Shown here: piece after piece, positions 31,251 through 39,924 of the stretch | How the letters are laid out: the number at the start of each line of letters is the position of its first letter | Numbering within the stretch: position 1 is the stretch's first letter | NCBI GenBank assembly: GCA_963735035.1 | Contig: CAVTJJ010000002.1 | Location: forward strand, 32,001-96,000 | Reading direction: 5' to 3' | Length of the DNA: 64,000 bases | Source of the DNA: an uncultured candidate division Zixibacteria bacterium | GTDB lineage: Bacteria > Zixibacteria > MSB-5A5 > GN15 > FEB-12 | Notes under the pieces: model-generated | The model's database searches: none | Told to the model about the DNA's origin: nothing | The model's input: only the letters and a program-made list of their open reading frames with translations | Translations under genes and position numbers: made by a program

Positions 31251-31925
31251 ATGAGTGATGCAATCGTTCAGGTTCGAGAGTTGTTCAAGTCGTACTACCG
31301 TGATTCATTGGAGATTCCGGTTCTACACAATATCAATCTGGAGATTCCCCAGGGTCAGTTCGTAGCGCTCATGGGGCCTTCCGGATCAGGCAAAACGACA
31401 TTGTTGAACCTGATAGCCGGCATTGACAGACCAACCTCCGGCAGTCTCTCCGTAGCCGGTGAGGAAGTTGCAAGCCTGAGTGACGGCAATCTGGCCAAAT
31501 GGCGGTCACGCCACATCGGCTTTATCTTTCAGTTCTATAATTTGCTGCCGGTTCTGACCGCATTCGAAAATGTCGAGCTGCCATTACTACTGACCAGCCT
31601 TTCGCGTAAAGAACGTCGGCAGCACGTGGAATCGGCTCTCGGGGTTGTCGGCTTGTCCGACCGGGTGAAACATTATCCCCGCCAACTCTCGGGTGGTCAG
31701 GAGCAGCGCGTAGCGATTGCCCGCGCTATCGTGTCCGATCCTACCCTCTTGCTGGCCGATGAGCCCACCGGCGACTTGGACAAGAATTCAGCGGAAGAAA
31801 TCATGACCTTGATGACCCGACTGAATAAGGAGTTCAACAAAACCATTGTAATGGTTACCCACGATCCACGGGCCGCAGAAAAGGCGTCCATCATCCGCCA
31901 TCTTGACAAAGGGGAACTTCAATAA
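31251..31925 (+). CDS. ABC transporter ATP-binding protein (MacB/LolD-like)
   Basis: GPSGSGKT, FQFYNL, LSGGQEQRVAIARA, LLADEPTGDLD. Confidence 0.95.
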   Translation: MSDAIVQVRELFKSYYRDSLEIPVLHNINLEIPQGQFVALMGPSGSGKTTLLNLIAGIDRPTSGSLSVAGEEVASLSDGNLAKWRSRHIGFIFQFYNLLPVLTAFENVELPLLLTSLSRKERRQHVESALGVVGLSDRVKHYPRQLSGGQEQRVAIARAIVSDPTLLLADEPTGDLDKNSAEEIMTLMTRLNKEFNKTIVMVTHDPRAAEKASIIRHLDKGELQ

Positions 31926-33082
31926 TGAAGCTTCTCAAGCTTATTTGGAAGAACGCCGGTCGCCACAAGCTACGGACTTTTCTTACCGTTCTTGGGTTAG
32001 GACTCGCCGTGATGGCGTTCGGTTTGATTCGATCTCTCGTCGATGCCTGGTATGCTGGCGCTCGGGCCGCATCCCCCAACCGGCTGGTCACACGGAATGC
32101 GGTCAGCGTGGTTTTTCCCCTGCCTCTGGCCTATCGGGATCAAATTCTCAAAGTGGACGGCATTGAAGACATCACTTATGGCAACTGGTTCGGCGGCATC
32201 TACGTGGATCCCAAGAATTTCTTTCAGCAGATCGGCGTGGAACCGGAGTCATTTTTCAGAATCTGGCCGGATTTCGTAATTTCCCCCGATCAAAAGGAGG
32301 CGTTTAGAAAGGATCGACGTGGCGCTGTCGTCGGCCAGGCTCTCGCGGATCGTTTTAGCTGGAAGGTCGGCGATCAAATAGCTCTAACCGGAACGATCTT
32401 TCCCGGTGACTGGACGTTCGTTATCGACGGCATCTACCACGGCGCCAATCCCGATGTTGACGAGACCACCTTCATATTCAATTTCGCCTGTGTTGACGAA
32501 CGAATGAGACAAGATTCGCCGGGGCGAGCTGGTCAGATCGGGTGGTACACACTCAAGATAAGCGATCCGACACGTGCCGCCGAAATCGGCTCTAAGGTAG
32601 ACGCCCTCTTCGAAAACTCCTGGGCCGAAACCAAGACCGAGACAGAAAAAGAATTCACTTTGAACTTCATCGAAATGAGTAGTGCCATTATAGTCAGCCT
32701 GCGCATAGTCTCTTACCTGATCGTCGGTGTTATATTTCTCGTCCTTGCCAACACGATGGCCATGACGGCGCGCGAGCGAGGCGCCGAGAACGCCTTCATG
32801 CGCACGCTCGGATTCCGAGCTCATCACCTGGTCGGCCTGATCCTGGGCGAATCAACGCTGGTGGCAGTGTTCGGGGGACTGGTCGGGACAGGACTCCTTT
32901 TGCTCGGCGGCAATTTGGTGGCGACAATGGTGAAGGACTACTTCCCGTCGTTCGCGGTCGCCCCCCCGACCTATATCGCCTGTCTTCTGATCGCGCTGGC
33001 CATCGGCGCGGCGGCGGCAATCTTCCCGGCCGTCCGAACCCTTCGGGTGAACATTGTCGACGGACTTCGAGTGGTCGACTAA
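31925..33082 (+). CDS. MacB/FtsX-like ABC permease
   Basis: RHKLRTFLT, large periplasmic loop, NTMAMTARER, C-terminal TM helices. Confidence 0.9.
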   Translation: MKLLKLIWKNAGRHKLRTFLTVLGLGLAVMAFGLIRSLVDAWYAGARAASPNRLVTRNAVSVVFPLPLAYRDQILKVDGIEDITYGNWFGGIYVDPKNFFQQIGVEPESFFRIWPDFVISPDQKEAFRKDRRGAVVGQALADRFSWKVGDQIALTGTIFPGDWTFVIDGIYHGANPDVDETTFIFNFACVDERMRQDSPGRAGQIGWYTLKISDPTRAAEIGSKVDALFENSWAETKTETEKEFTLNFIEMSSAIIVSLRIVSYLIVGVIFLVLANTMAMTARERGAENAFMRTLGFRAHHLVGLILGESTLVAVFGGLVGTGLLLLGGNLVATMVKDYFPSFAVAPPTYIACLLIALAIGAAAAIFPAVRTLRVNIVDGLRVVD

Positions 33083-33101
33083 GCGAAATCGAGGCTTGAA
33101 G

Positions 33102-34262
33102 ATGATTCCTCCGAACTATGCAGTACGAAATATCTCCAAACACAAAGTAACCTCGCTTCTCACGATGGCCGGGCTCAGTCTCGTGGTCTTTGTCTTTGCA
33201 GGGTCTCTGATGTTGTCAAACGGATTGAATGAAACCATGGTGGCAACGGGACAGCCTGACAACGTCTCGTTAATCCGCAAGTCGGCTCAGACGGAAGTCA
33301 TGTCGATCGTGTCGTACGAACAGGCTCAGATAGTCAAGGCGGATCAGGACGTAGCCCGCGACCAGGACGGCAATCCGCTCGTAGCCAGTGAAATATACGT
33401 CCTGATTAGTTTGCCCAAACGTGACACACAGGATGAAGCCAATATCGTTGTACGTGGCGTTGGCCCCACATCCTTCGCGCTTCGCCCGAATGTGAAGTTG
33501 GTCGAGGGTCGAATGTGGACAGATCCCGGCTCGGAAGTCATCGCCGGATTATCGGCTTCGAAACGCTACACCGGCTGTGCCGTGGGTGAAAAGCTGAGAT
33601 TCGGAGCCCGGAATTGGACCGTAGTGGGGATTTTCGAGGCCGGTGGCACAGGCTTTGAATCGGAAATCTGGTGCGATATCAATCAGGCCTCCGATGTCTT
33701 TCGGCGCCCGGTCTATTCATCGTTGTTGGCCCGCCTGACCGACACGACGCGGTTCGAGGCCTTCAAGGCCCGGGTAGAAGCCGACCCGCGCCTGACGCTC
33801 GACGTGAAGCGGGAGAAGGATTACTACGCGGCACAGACGCAGATGTTGGGCACCTTCATCAGTATCACTGGAACGGTCATCAGCATAGTCTTTTCTCTCG
33901 GTGCGATTGTCGGCGCCATGATCACCATGTACGCCGCTGTCGCGAACCGTACCCGGGAAATCGGAACCCTTCGGGCTCTTGGCTTTAACCGTTGGAGTAT
34001 CCTGACCGTCTTTCTCTTCGAATCGCTGTTGATAGCCCTGGCGAGTGGCCTGATTGGGATAGGCGCCGCTTACTTTCTGAATTTCCTGCAAATCTCGACG
34101 ACCAACTGGGGCACCTTCTCCGAAATTGCCTTCAACCTCCAACTTTCGACCGGAATCGTCCTGAAGACCCTGGCGTTTGCCCTGATAATGGGGCTGGTCG
34201 GAGGCTTCCTGCCATCGGTTCGTGCCTCACGGCTCCGCATTGTCGATTCTCTGCGGGGCTGA
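33102..34262 (+). CDS. MacB/FtsX-like ABC permease
   Basis: Start MIPPNY at 33102; ITMYAAVANRTREIGTLRALGF. Confidence 0.9.
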   Translation: MIPPNYAVRNISKHKVTSLLTMAGLSLVVFVFAGSLMLSNGLNETMVATGQPDNVSLIRKSAQTEVMSIVSYEQAQIVKADQDVARDQDGNPLVASEIYVLISLPKRDTQDEANIVVRGVGPTSFALRPNVKLVEGRMWTDPGSEVIAGLSASKRYTGCAVGEKLRFGARNWTVVGIFEAGGTGFESEIWCDINQASDVFRRPVYSSLLARLTDTTRFEAFKARVEADPRLTLDVKREKDYYAAQTQMLGTFISITGTVISIVFSLGAIVGAMITMYAAVANRTREIGTLRALGFNRWSILTVFLFESLLIALASGLIGIGAAYFLNFLQISTTNWGTFSEIAFNLQLSTGIVLKTLAFALIMGLVGGFLPSVRASRLRIVDSLRG

Positions 34263-34342
34263 TAGGTCTGTGCGCCGTTGACAGATAGCTGTCGTGCGAG
34301 TCGCACGTCCGGAGTGTGCGGCTCAATCAGGACGTTTTTGAT

Positions 34343-34393
34343 GTCTCATCCATGAGACTTTTCTTGACATTTTGGTCCAAATGGTTGTATAAT
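34343..34393 (+). promoter_or_regulatory. Consensus sigma70 promoter with an upstream palindromic operator candidate
   Basis: TTGACA (34364-34369), 18-nt spacer, TATAAT (34388-34393); inverted repeat GTCTCAT-CC-ATGAGAC at 34343-34358. Confidence 0.75.
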
Positions 34394-34781
34394 CACCAAA
34401 GAGTTGCGGAATTTGCGGTGGTACGACTTCTCGCCTATACACCCCGCATAGATTTACTTAATTCGTTCTGACCGTTTACGGTATCCGTCATCGGGGGTCA
34501 GACAAATGCATCCAGCGGACTGCTTCGCCCAACTCAGAACAAGAAGTGGTTGCTGGATATGTCTGACTTTATCAGAACCTGGTCAAGAGTCTCCTTCACT
34601 GCCGGAACTAATTCCATTGACGGCTTCTGCCTCCAGCAATTACCACCCTTCTGCTTCCTAACAAACAAGACAGATTATCCCGAAGCGCGGGCTAAGACTT
34701 CGCTTCCGCATGATGCGGTGTGCGAGGTATTGGCGCCGCAAACCGCCCAGTGGGCCTCACACCCTTTCACGGAGGTTCGTG

Positions 34782-34886
34782 ATGATTTTCTTGATTGAGC
34801 CGAACTCAATCCGTCCCCCCTTCTGCCACAAGTGCTCCTTGTTCTGCAGCAAGGAAATTGGACTGTACGGCATTGACCCGACCTAA
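34782..34886 (+). CDS. RiPP precursor peptide 1 (34 aa)
   Basis: GGAGG RBS at 34771. MIFLIEPNSIRPPFCHKCSLFCSKEIGLYGIDPT-TAA; paralogous to the next two ORFs. Confidence 0.88.
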   Translation: MIFLIEPNSIRPPFCHKCSLFCSKEIGLYGIDPT

Positions 34887-34934
34887 TCCGGGTAGATCGC
34901 GAATTCAACTTAATTAGAAGAGTTCGCATGACTT

Positions 34935-34963
34935 GTGAGGGAGCGGTCCTGCCGTTCCCTCAC
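34935..34963 (+). promoter_or_regulatory. Stem-loop after precursor 1
   Basis: GTGAGGGAGCGG-TCCTG-CCGTTCCCTCAC (12 bp, one G-U pair), no U-tract. Confidence 0.65.
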
Positions 34964-35092
34964 CCTGATAACTATGAGTAAGTTGCATTGATACTGTACC
35001 ATCTGGGATGGGTCACGACTGAAGAGCAATTTCAGACGTGAGCTTCCCAGCTAATCGGCCACATGGCCCGCACCCTCACATGGAGGTCCGTG

Positions 35093-35188
35093 ATGATCTT
35101 TTTGATTGAGCCGAATTCGGTTAACCCGCCGAACTGCACAACCAAGTGCAGTCCGAAGAGATACCCGTTGTATGGTATCGATGTTTGA
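35093..35188 (+). CDS. RiPP precursor peptide 2 (31 aa)
   Basis: GGAGG RBS at 35082. MIFLIEPNSVNPPNCTTKCSPKRYPLYGIDV-TGA. Confidence 0.88.
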   Translation: MIFLIEPNSVNPPNCTTKCSPKRYPLYGIDV

Positions 35189-35205
35189 TGAGTGCTTTTG
35201 AGTAC

Positions 35206-35232
35206 GCGGGGAACGGCCCAGCCGTTCCCCGC
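35206..35232 (+). promoter_or_regulatory. Stem-loop after precursor 2
   Basis: GCGGGGAACGGC-CCA-GCCGTTCCCCGC, perfect 12-bp stem. Confidence 0.7.
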
Positions 35233-35366
35233 CTCTAGAATCCGAAGACATTTGATTTAGGTAGAAGCAACTCCGGAACGAGTCACGATTGAGCCAATGG
35301 TTTCAAGATTGGCTTGGCCCGGCTAACCGGCCCAAAAGGCCTGAACCAACCATAGGAGGTTTTTCA

Positions 35367-35468
35367 ATGATCTTCTTAATCGAACCGAACACGGTCAATC
35401 CGCCTTGCGTCGTTAAAGTTTGTGCGAGAATTGTACCGCTCTACGGCATCAAGCCGATCGAGATCTGA
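35367..35468 (+). CDS. RiPP precursor peptide 3 (33 aa)
   Basis: AGGAGGT RBS. MIFLIEPNTVNPPCVVKVCARIVPLYGIKPIEI-TGA. Confidence 0.88.
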   Translation: MIFLIEPNTVNPPCVVKVCARIVPLYGIKPIEI

Positions 35469-35509
35469 TCTCGGTAGCTGATTTCTACCGATCTCGGTAG
35501 ATAAGCTGT

Positions 35510-35542
35510 CGTTAGGGAGAACGATCTTCGTTCTCCCTAACG
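35510..35542 (+). promoter_or_regulatory. Stem-loop between precursor 3 and the first radical SAM gene
   Basis: CGTTAGGGAGAACGA-TCT-TCGTTCTCCCTAACG, perfect 15-bp inverted repeat. Confidence 0.75.
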
Positions 35543-35569
35543 CTGAATACAACATTTAGTGCGACCAGT

Positions 35570-36925
35570 ATGCTGACTTTATCTTCATATAATTACTTCG
35601 CCCCCTGGCACGACGGTTATTTCCTTGCGTACAATGCCCGTTCGGGAGCAGTTGCACTGCTCAACGAAGAGAATCAACGAACCTTTCAGGTACTGCTTCA
35701 AAAGATTAGCGACCATCAGACGGAACAACTTAACCCTGAAGAGCAGGAGTTGTTGAAACAACTGCAGTATGGCAAGTTCGTTCACACGGTCGAACCGCCT
35801 GAAATCGACGTATTGAAGTTCGAAAGCCAGCGCGCCAGGTACGACATGACCTCGCTGGGGCTTGTCATCGCCCCCACCATGGCCTGCAACATGGCCTGCA
35901 CGTATTGTTATGAAAGTTCGCGCGGCGGTCGCATGACAGCGGCGACGATGGACTCGGTGGCGCAACTGATAGAAAAGCAAGCCAGGAGCCTGAAGGATTT
36001 GGCCCTGACATGGTATGGCGGCGAACCCCTCCTGGCCATGAACATCATAGAAGATTTGACTTCAAGGATCCTCCGTCTGACGGAACAATACGAAATCAAG
36101 TACACCTCGGCCATTATTACCAACGGCTATCTCCTGGATAAAGAGACCGTCGATCGTTTGCGACAGCTCCACGTGACTGCCGCCCAGGTCACTCTTGACG
36201 GCCCGGCTGCAATTCACAATCGCAAACGGCCCCTTGTGAATGGCCGACCTTCATTTGACACTATCGTTGAGAACTTGAAGTATGCGACCACGAAACTCGG
36301 GATAGGCATCCGAGTCAACGTCGACAAGGAATTCTCACTGGACACAATCGGTCAATTGCTTGATGAACTGGACGGCGCAGGGCTTCGTGATCGTCTGGGC
36401 GTACATTTCGCCCTGATGGAGCCCGCCACGACCGTGTGCTCCAATATCAGTGAAAATTGCTATGATACGGCCGGATTTTCAGCCGTCGAGACCGAATTCT
36501 ATACCCTGCTCCTGGAGCGGGGCTTCCGAATAGAGAAACTCCCGTCACCCATGATGGTGGCCTGCATGGCGCAACTGGTTAATGCCTATGTGGTGGACCC
36601 CGACGGTGACCTGTACCGGTGCTGGAATTACATCGGCGACAAGTCGCACGCCTGCGGCAACATCGCCCAGGAACTTAACCCCGTGCACCCCGAGTTCATG
36701 CGCCTGTTCTCCTTTGATCCCTTTGAAGATAACAAGTGCCGCGAATGTAACGTTTTGCCTCTTTGCCAGGGCGCGTGTCCGTCGCGACGCTTTGACCGTA
36801 ATGTCACAGCCGATCAGCAGTGTGAAAGCTGGCGGTACAACTTGGAGCCGATGCTCGACCTGATCGCCCGGTCGCGCTGGCGGCAAATGCAAAACGCCAA
36901 CCAGGAAGCGAAGAAACCAGTATGA
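35570..36925 (+). CDS. Radical SAM/SPASM peptide maturase (Cys-rich peptide/thioether-forming type) with an N-terminal RRE-like extension
   Basis: IAPTMACNMACTYCYE, WYGGEP, QVTLDG; SPASM motifs CMAQ...DGDLYRCW...GNI...CRECNVLPLCQGACP...C; about 90-aa N-terminal domain (LSSYN...LAYNARSGA...LQYGKFV). Confidence 0.9.
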   Translation: MLTLSSYNYFAPWHDGYFLAYNARSGAVALLNEENQRTFQVLLQKISDHQTEQLNPEEQELLKQLQYGKFVHTVEPPEIDVLKFESQRARYDMTSLGLVIAPTMACNMACTYCYESSRGGRMTAATMDSVAQLIEKQARSLKDLALTWYGGEPLLAMNIIEDLTSRILRLTEQYEIKYTSAIITNGYLLDKETVDRLRQLHVTAAQVTLDGPAAIHNRKRPLVNGRPSFDTIVENLKYATTKLGIGIRVNVDKEFSLDTIGQLLDELDGAGLRDRLGVHFALMEPATTVCSNISENCYDTAGFSAVETEFYTLLLERGFRIEKLPSPMMVACMAQLVNAYVVDPDGDLYRCWNYIGDKSHACGNIAQELNPVHPEFMRLFSFDPFEDNKCRECNVLPLCQGACPSRRFDRNVTADQQCESWRYNLEPMLDLIARSRWRQMQNANQEAKKPV

Positions 36926-38064
36926 GCGATTTCAAATTCTTTCCGCACTACGTAGTCTGGGAGACTACTTTTGCCTGCAACATGCGTTGTGTTCACTGCG
37001 GCACGTCCGCGGGCAAGCAACGCCCGGATGAACTTACCACCAAAGAGTCACTCGCCCTGATCGATGAACTGGCTGATCTGGGCACGGCGCACCTGGTTCT
37101 TTCCGGTGGCGAGCCGCTGCTTCGCAAAGACTGGCGCGAGTTGACCAGGAGATCCAAACAGCGTGGCATCGGCACCTACATGATCACCAATGCCTTCGCC
37201 ATTACCCCCCAGATTGTCGACGACATGCTGGCCGCCGGGATGGACAAGATCGGCATCAGTTTTGACGGCACCGAGAAGACTCATAACTATATCCGCCAGC
37301 GCGATGACAGCTATGCCAAAGTCATCAACGCGTTCAAGTGGTGCAACGAACGTAAACTGAGATTCCAGGCGGTGTCGCAGATCTCCAATATCAACATCGG
37401 CGAAATGGATCAGATGCGCCAGATTCTGATCGACAACGGCGCCGTCGATTGGCGCATCCAGATGACCACGACCACCGGTCGCATGCGCGGCCTGAGCGAC
37501 ATGGTCCTGTCTATTCCCAACTACACAAAGTTGATCGATAAGTGCATCGAATTCCGCAATCTCGACGGCGTGAAGATCGATCCGGGCGAAAACATCGGCT
37601 ACTTCGGCTGTAAGGGTACCGAACTTATCGACGGCGGCATTTATCTCGGCTGCTACGCCGGCACCAGAGTCGCCGGAGTGGAGTCCAACGGCAACATCAA
37701 GGGATGCTTGTCGATGCAGGAAGACTTTGTCGAAGGCAACATCCGCGATTCCTCGTTCACGGAGATTTGGAATCGGCCCGACGCTTTCGCCTACAATCGC
37801 CAGTTCACCCGCGAGACGGCCGGTGGACCGTGCCGTAAGTGCCATTATCTTCCGTTGTGCCGGGGCGGCTGCACCACGACTTCGTTTGCACAAACAGGTG
37901 AACGAGCCAACAACCCGTACTGCATTCATCGCATTGAGCTCGAAAAAGGTATACAGGCGCCGCCGGATGAACCATATATTGCGGAAATACTGGCGCGGTT
38001 CGAACCACCTGAGGCCGTAGTGACCGATGCTACGCCGCGCTCGACGCCTGATATACCGTCATAG
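36922..38064 (+). CDS. Radical SAM/SPASM enzyme resembling PlpX/PcpX tyramine-excising spliceases
   Basis: VWETTFACNMRCVHCGTSAGKQRPDELTT, GGEPLLRKDW, GENIGYFG, GCYAG...GVESNGNIKGCLS, CRKCHYLPLCRGGC...NNPYCIHR match the splicease-family motif pattern as I recall it. ATGA-coupled to the upstream radical SAM gene. Confidence 0.82.
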   Translation: MSDFKFFPHYVVWETTFACNMRCVHCGTSAGKQRPDELTTKESLALIDELADLGTAHLVLSGGEPLLRKDWRELTRRSKQRGIGTYMITNAFAITPQIVDDMLAAGMDKIGISFDGTEKTHNYIRQRDDSYAKVINAFKWCNERKLRFQAVSQISNINIGEMDQMRQILIDNGAVDWRIQMTTTTGRMRGLSDMVLSIPNYTKLIDKCIEFRNLDGVKIDPGENIGYFGCKGTELIDGGIYLGCYAGTRVAGVESNGNIKGCLSMQEDFVEGNIRDSSFTEIWNRPDAFAYNRQFTRETAGGPCRKCHYLPLCRGGCTTTSFAQTGERANNPYCIHRIELEKGIQAPPDEPYIAEILARFEPPEAVVTDATPRSTPDIPS

Positions 38065-38145
38065 CAGACAGACTATAATGCCACTTCGGAACTGTCACGA
38101 CGTCAGACTTCTTTGCACACCCGGTTCCGGGTCAGGTGTATCGGA

Positions 38146-39903
38146 ATGACCAGTCTGATCGCCAAGTTCGGACGATTGTGGGGTTACATTCGTCCGTATC
38201 GTTATCACCAGGCGCTGATGCTCCTGGTGATGGCTATCCTGGCCGTCCTGGTCATAGCCTTGCCGGCGGCGATCCAGTACATGATCGACACCCTGATCCC
38301 GGGGTTGATCGCATCGAGTTCCAACGGGTTCAATTTCCGGCCGCTCGTTCTCTTCTGCCTCTTCCTGGTATCGGTATATCTTGCAGACATATTCTTCGCC
38401 TGGGTGAGGGACTACCTCTCAGGCTACATCGGCGCCCGCATCATTCGCGACCTTCGCTCCCAGCTCTTCGCGCATCTCGAACGCCTGTCGCTGAAGTTCT
38501 TCCAGGAACACCGGGTGGGAGAAGTGATGTCGCGGCTGCTTTCTGATGTCGGCCGTGTGCAGGACTTGTTGTCTTCCACGCTCATGGCCTTGATCACCCA
38601 GGCCCTCATGCTGGCCGCGATCCTCGCATACCTTCTGTCGATCAACTGGATGCTCACTCTGGTCGCTGTGATACCGGTTCCGCTTTCGATCATCTTGACT
38701 AATGCGTACGGCATCCGCTTGAATTTCCTCGCCCGGCTCATTCAGGAGACCCAGGCCGCTCTCTCGGGCCGTCTTCAGGAATCCCTGATGTCGGTCAAGA
38801 CCATCAAGGCGTTCGGCCAGGAAGACCGGGAAAAGAAGAAGTTGGACGACGTCCTCGAGACGCTCACCCACGTGCTGGTCAAGAACAGTTGGATGAATTC
38901 GCTGGCCGTCAACGTGGTCAATTTCTTCAACCAGATCGGCCCGATCGTGGTCCTGGCATGGGGCGTTTATCTGGTAGTGGCGGGCGAGATGAAGATGGGC
39001 CAGTTGATGGGTTTCTACATCCTACTGACTTTCCTTTATTCCCCTATCCAGGGTTTGGCTCAGTCGTTCCTGCAAATCCAGACCGCGATGGCCTCGGTCG
39101 ATCGCGTGTTCGAATACCTGGACATTCCCCCAGCAGTGGTCGAAGACCCAAACCCCGTCACATTGTCGCAATTCAAAGGTGACATTGAGCTCTGTCAGGT
39201 CCGGTTCGTCTACGAAGATTCCCATTTTAGCGTCGATGACTTCTCCTTGTCGATTCATGCCGGTGAAAAAGTTGCGTTCGTGGGGCCTTCAGGCGCAGGC
39301 AAGACCACCATTGCCAACCTGATCCTCAGGTTCTATGACCCCGACCGCGGGCAGATAACTCTGGATGGTGTTGATCTTCGAAGGCTCCCAATCAAATTCC
39401 TTCGCGACCAGATCGCCCTCGTAGATCAGGACCCGCTGTTGTTCAAGGGAAGCATTCGAGAAAACATCGCCTACGGCCGACCTGAGGCGACTCAGGACGA
39501 AGTCGAAGCGGCCGCCCGGGTGGCAAACATCCATGAATTCATCATGTCACTTCCGCGGGGGTACGAGGCTGAAATTGGCGAGCGCGGCGTGACCGTATCG
39601 GGCGGCGAGAAACAGCGCCTCTGCCTGGCACGGGCGATTTTGACTGATCCGAAGATTCTCATTCTGGACGAAGCCACGTCGGCGCTCGACTCGATGTCGG
39701 AACGATTGATTCAGGATTCACTTGCGAAGATTCTAAAGGGCAAGACGGCGATCATTATCGCTCATCGCCTCGCGACGGTCCAGAATGCCGACCGGATCGT
39801 GGCGCTTGAGTCCGGCCGCATAGTAGATCAGGGCACGCACGACGAGCTGACCGCCCGCTGCCCGCTCTATCGTGACCTCGCCGCGAAACAGTTGTTGGTT
39901 TAA
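38146..39903 (+). CDS. ABC exporter (fused TM and ATPase domains, no C39 peptidase domain)
   Basis: Six-TM-type domain, GPSGAGKT, VSGGEKQR, ILDEATSALD. Confidence 0.93.
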   Translation: MTSLIAKFGRLWGYIRPYRYHQALMLLVMAILAVLVIALPAAIQYMIDTLIPGLIASSSNGFNFRPLVLFCLFLVSVYLADIFFAWVRDYLSGYIGARIIRDLRSQLFAHLERLSLKFFQEHRVGEVMSRLLSDVGRVQDLLSSTLMALITQALMLAAILAYLLSINWMLTLVAVIPVPLSIILTNAYGIRLNFLARLIQETQAALSGRLQESLMSVKTIKAFGQEDREKKKLDDVLETLTHVLVKNSWMNSLAVNVVNFFNQIGPIVVLAWGVYLVVAGEMKMGQLMGFYILLTFLYSPIQGLAQSFLQIQTAMASVDRVFEYLDIPPAVVEDPNPVTLSQFKGDIELCQVRFVYEDSHFSVDDFSLSIHAGEKVAFVGPSGAGKTTIANLILRFYDPDRGQITLDGVDLRRLPIKFLRDQIALVDQDPLLFKGSIRENIAYGRPEATQDEVEAAARVANIHEFIMSLPRGYEAEIGERGVTVSGGEKQRLCLARAILTDPKILILDEATSALDSMSERLIQDSLAKILKGKTAIIIAHRLATVQNADRIVALESGRIVDQGTHDELTARCPLYRDLAAKQLLV

Positions 39904-39924
39904 TCGATAGATGCCATGCGGACA

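Noticed and set aside
34462..34566. Possible fourth precursor (frame reading LTVYGIRH...)
   Set aside because: In-frame TAA at 34459-34461, no RBS or standard start codon and no MIFLIEPN leader; at most a decayed remnant or coincidence.
34550..35251. Track ORFs 34550-34798, 34675-34929 and 35051-35251
   Set aside because: No RBS or recognisable motifs; they overlap or shadow the better-supported precursor ORFs.
36922..38064. NirJ/AhbD/PqqE-type cofactor biosynthesis enzyme
   Set aside because: The N-terminus is superficially similar, but GENIGYFG, IKGCLS and NNPYC motifs plus adjacent LYG peptides fit a splicease-type peptide maturase better, and no heme d1 or PQQ genes are nearby. Not excluded without an HMM search.
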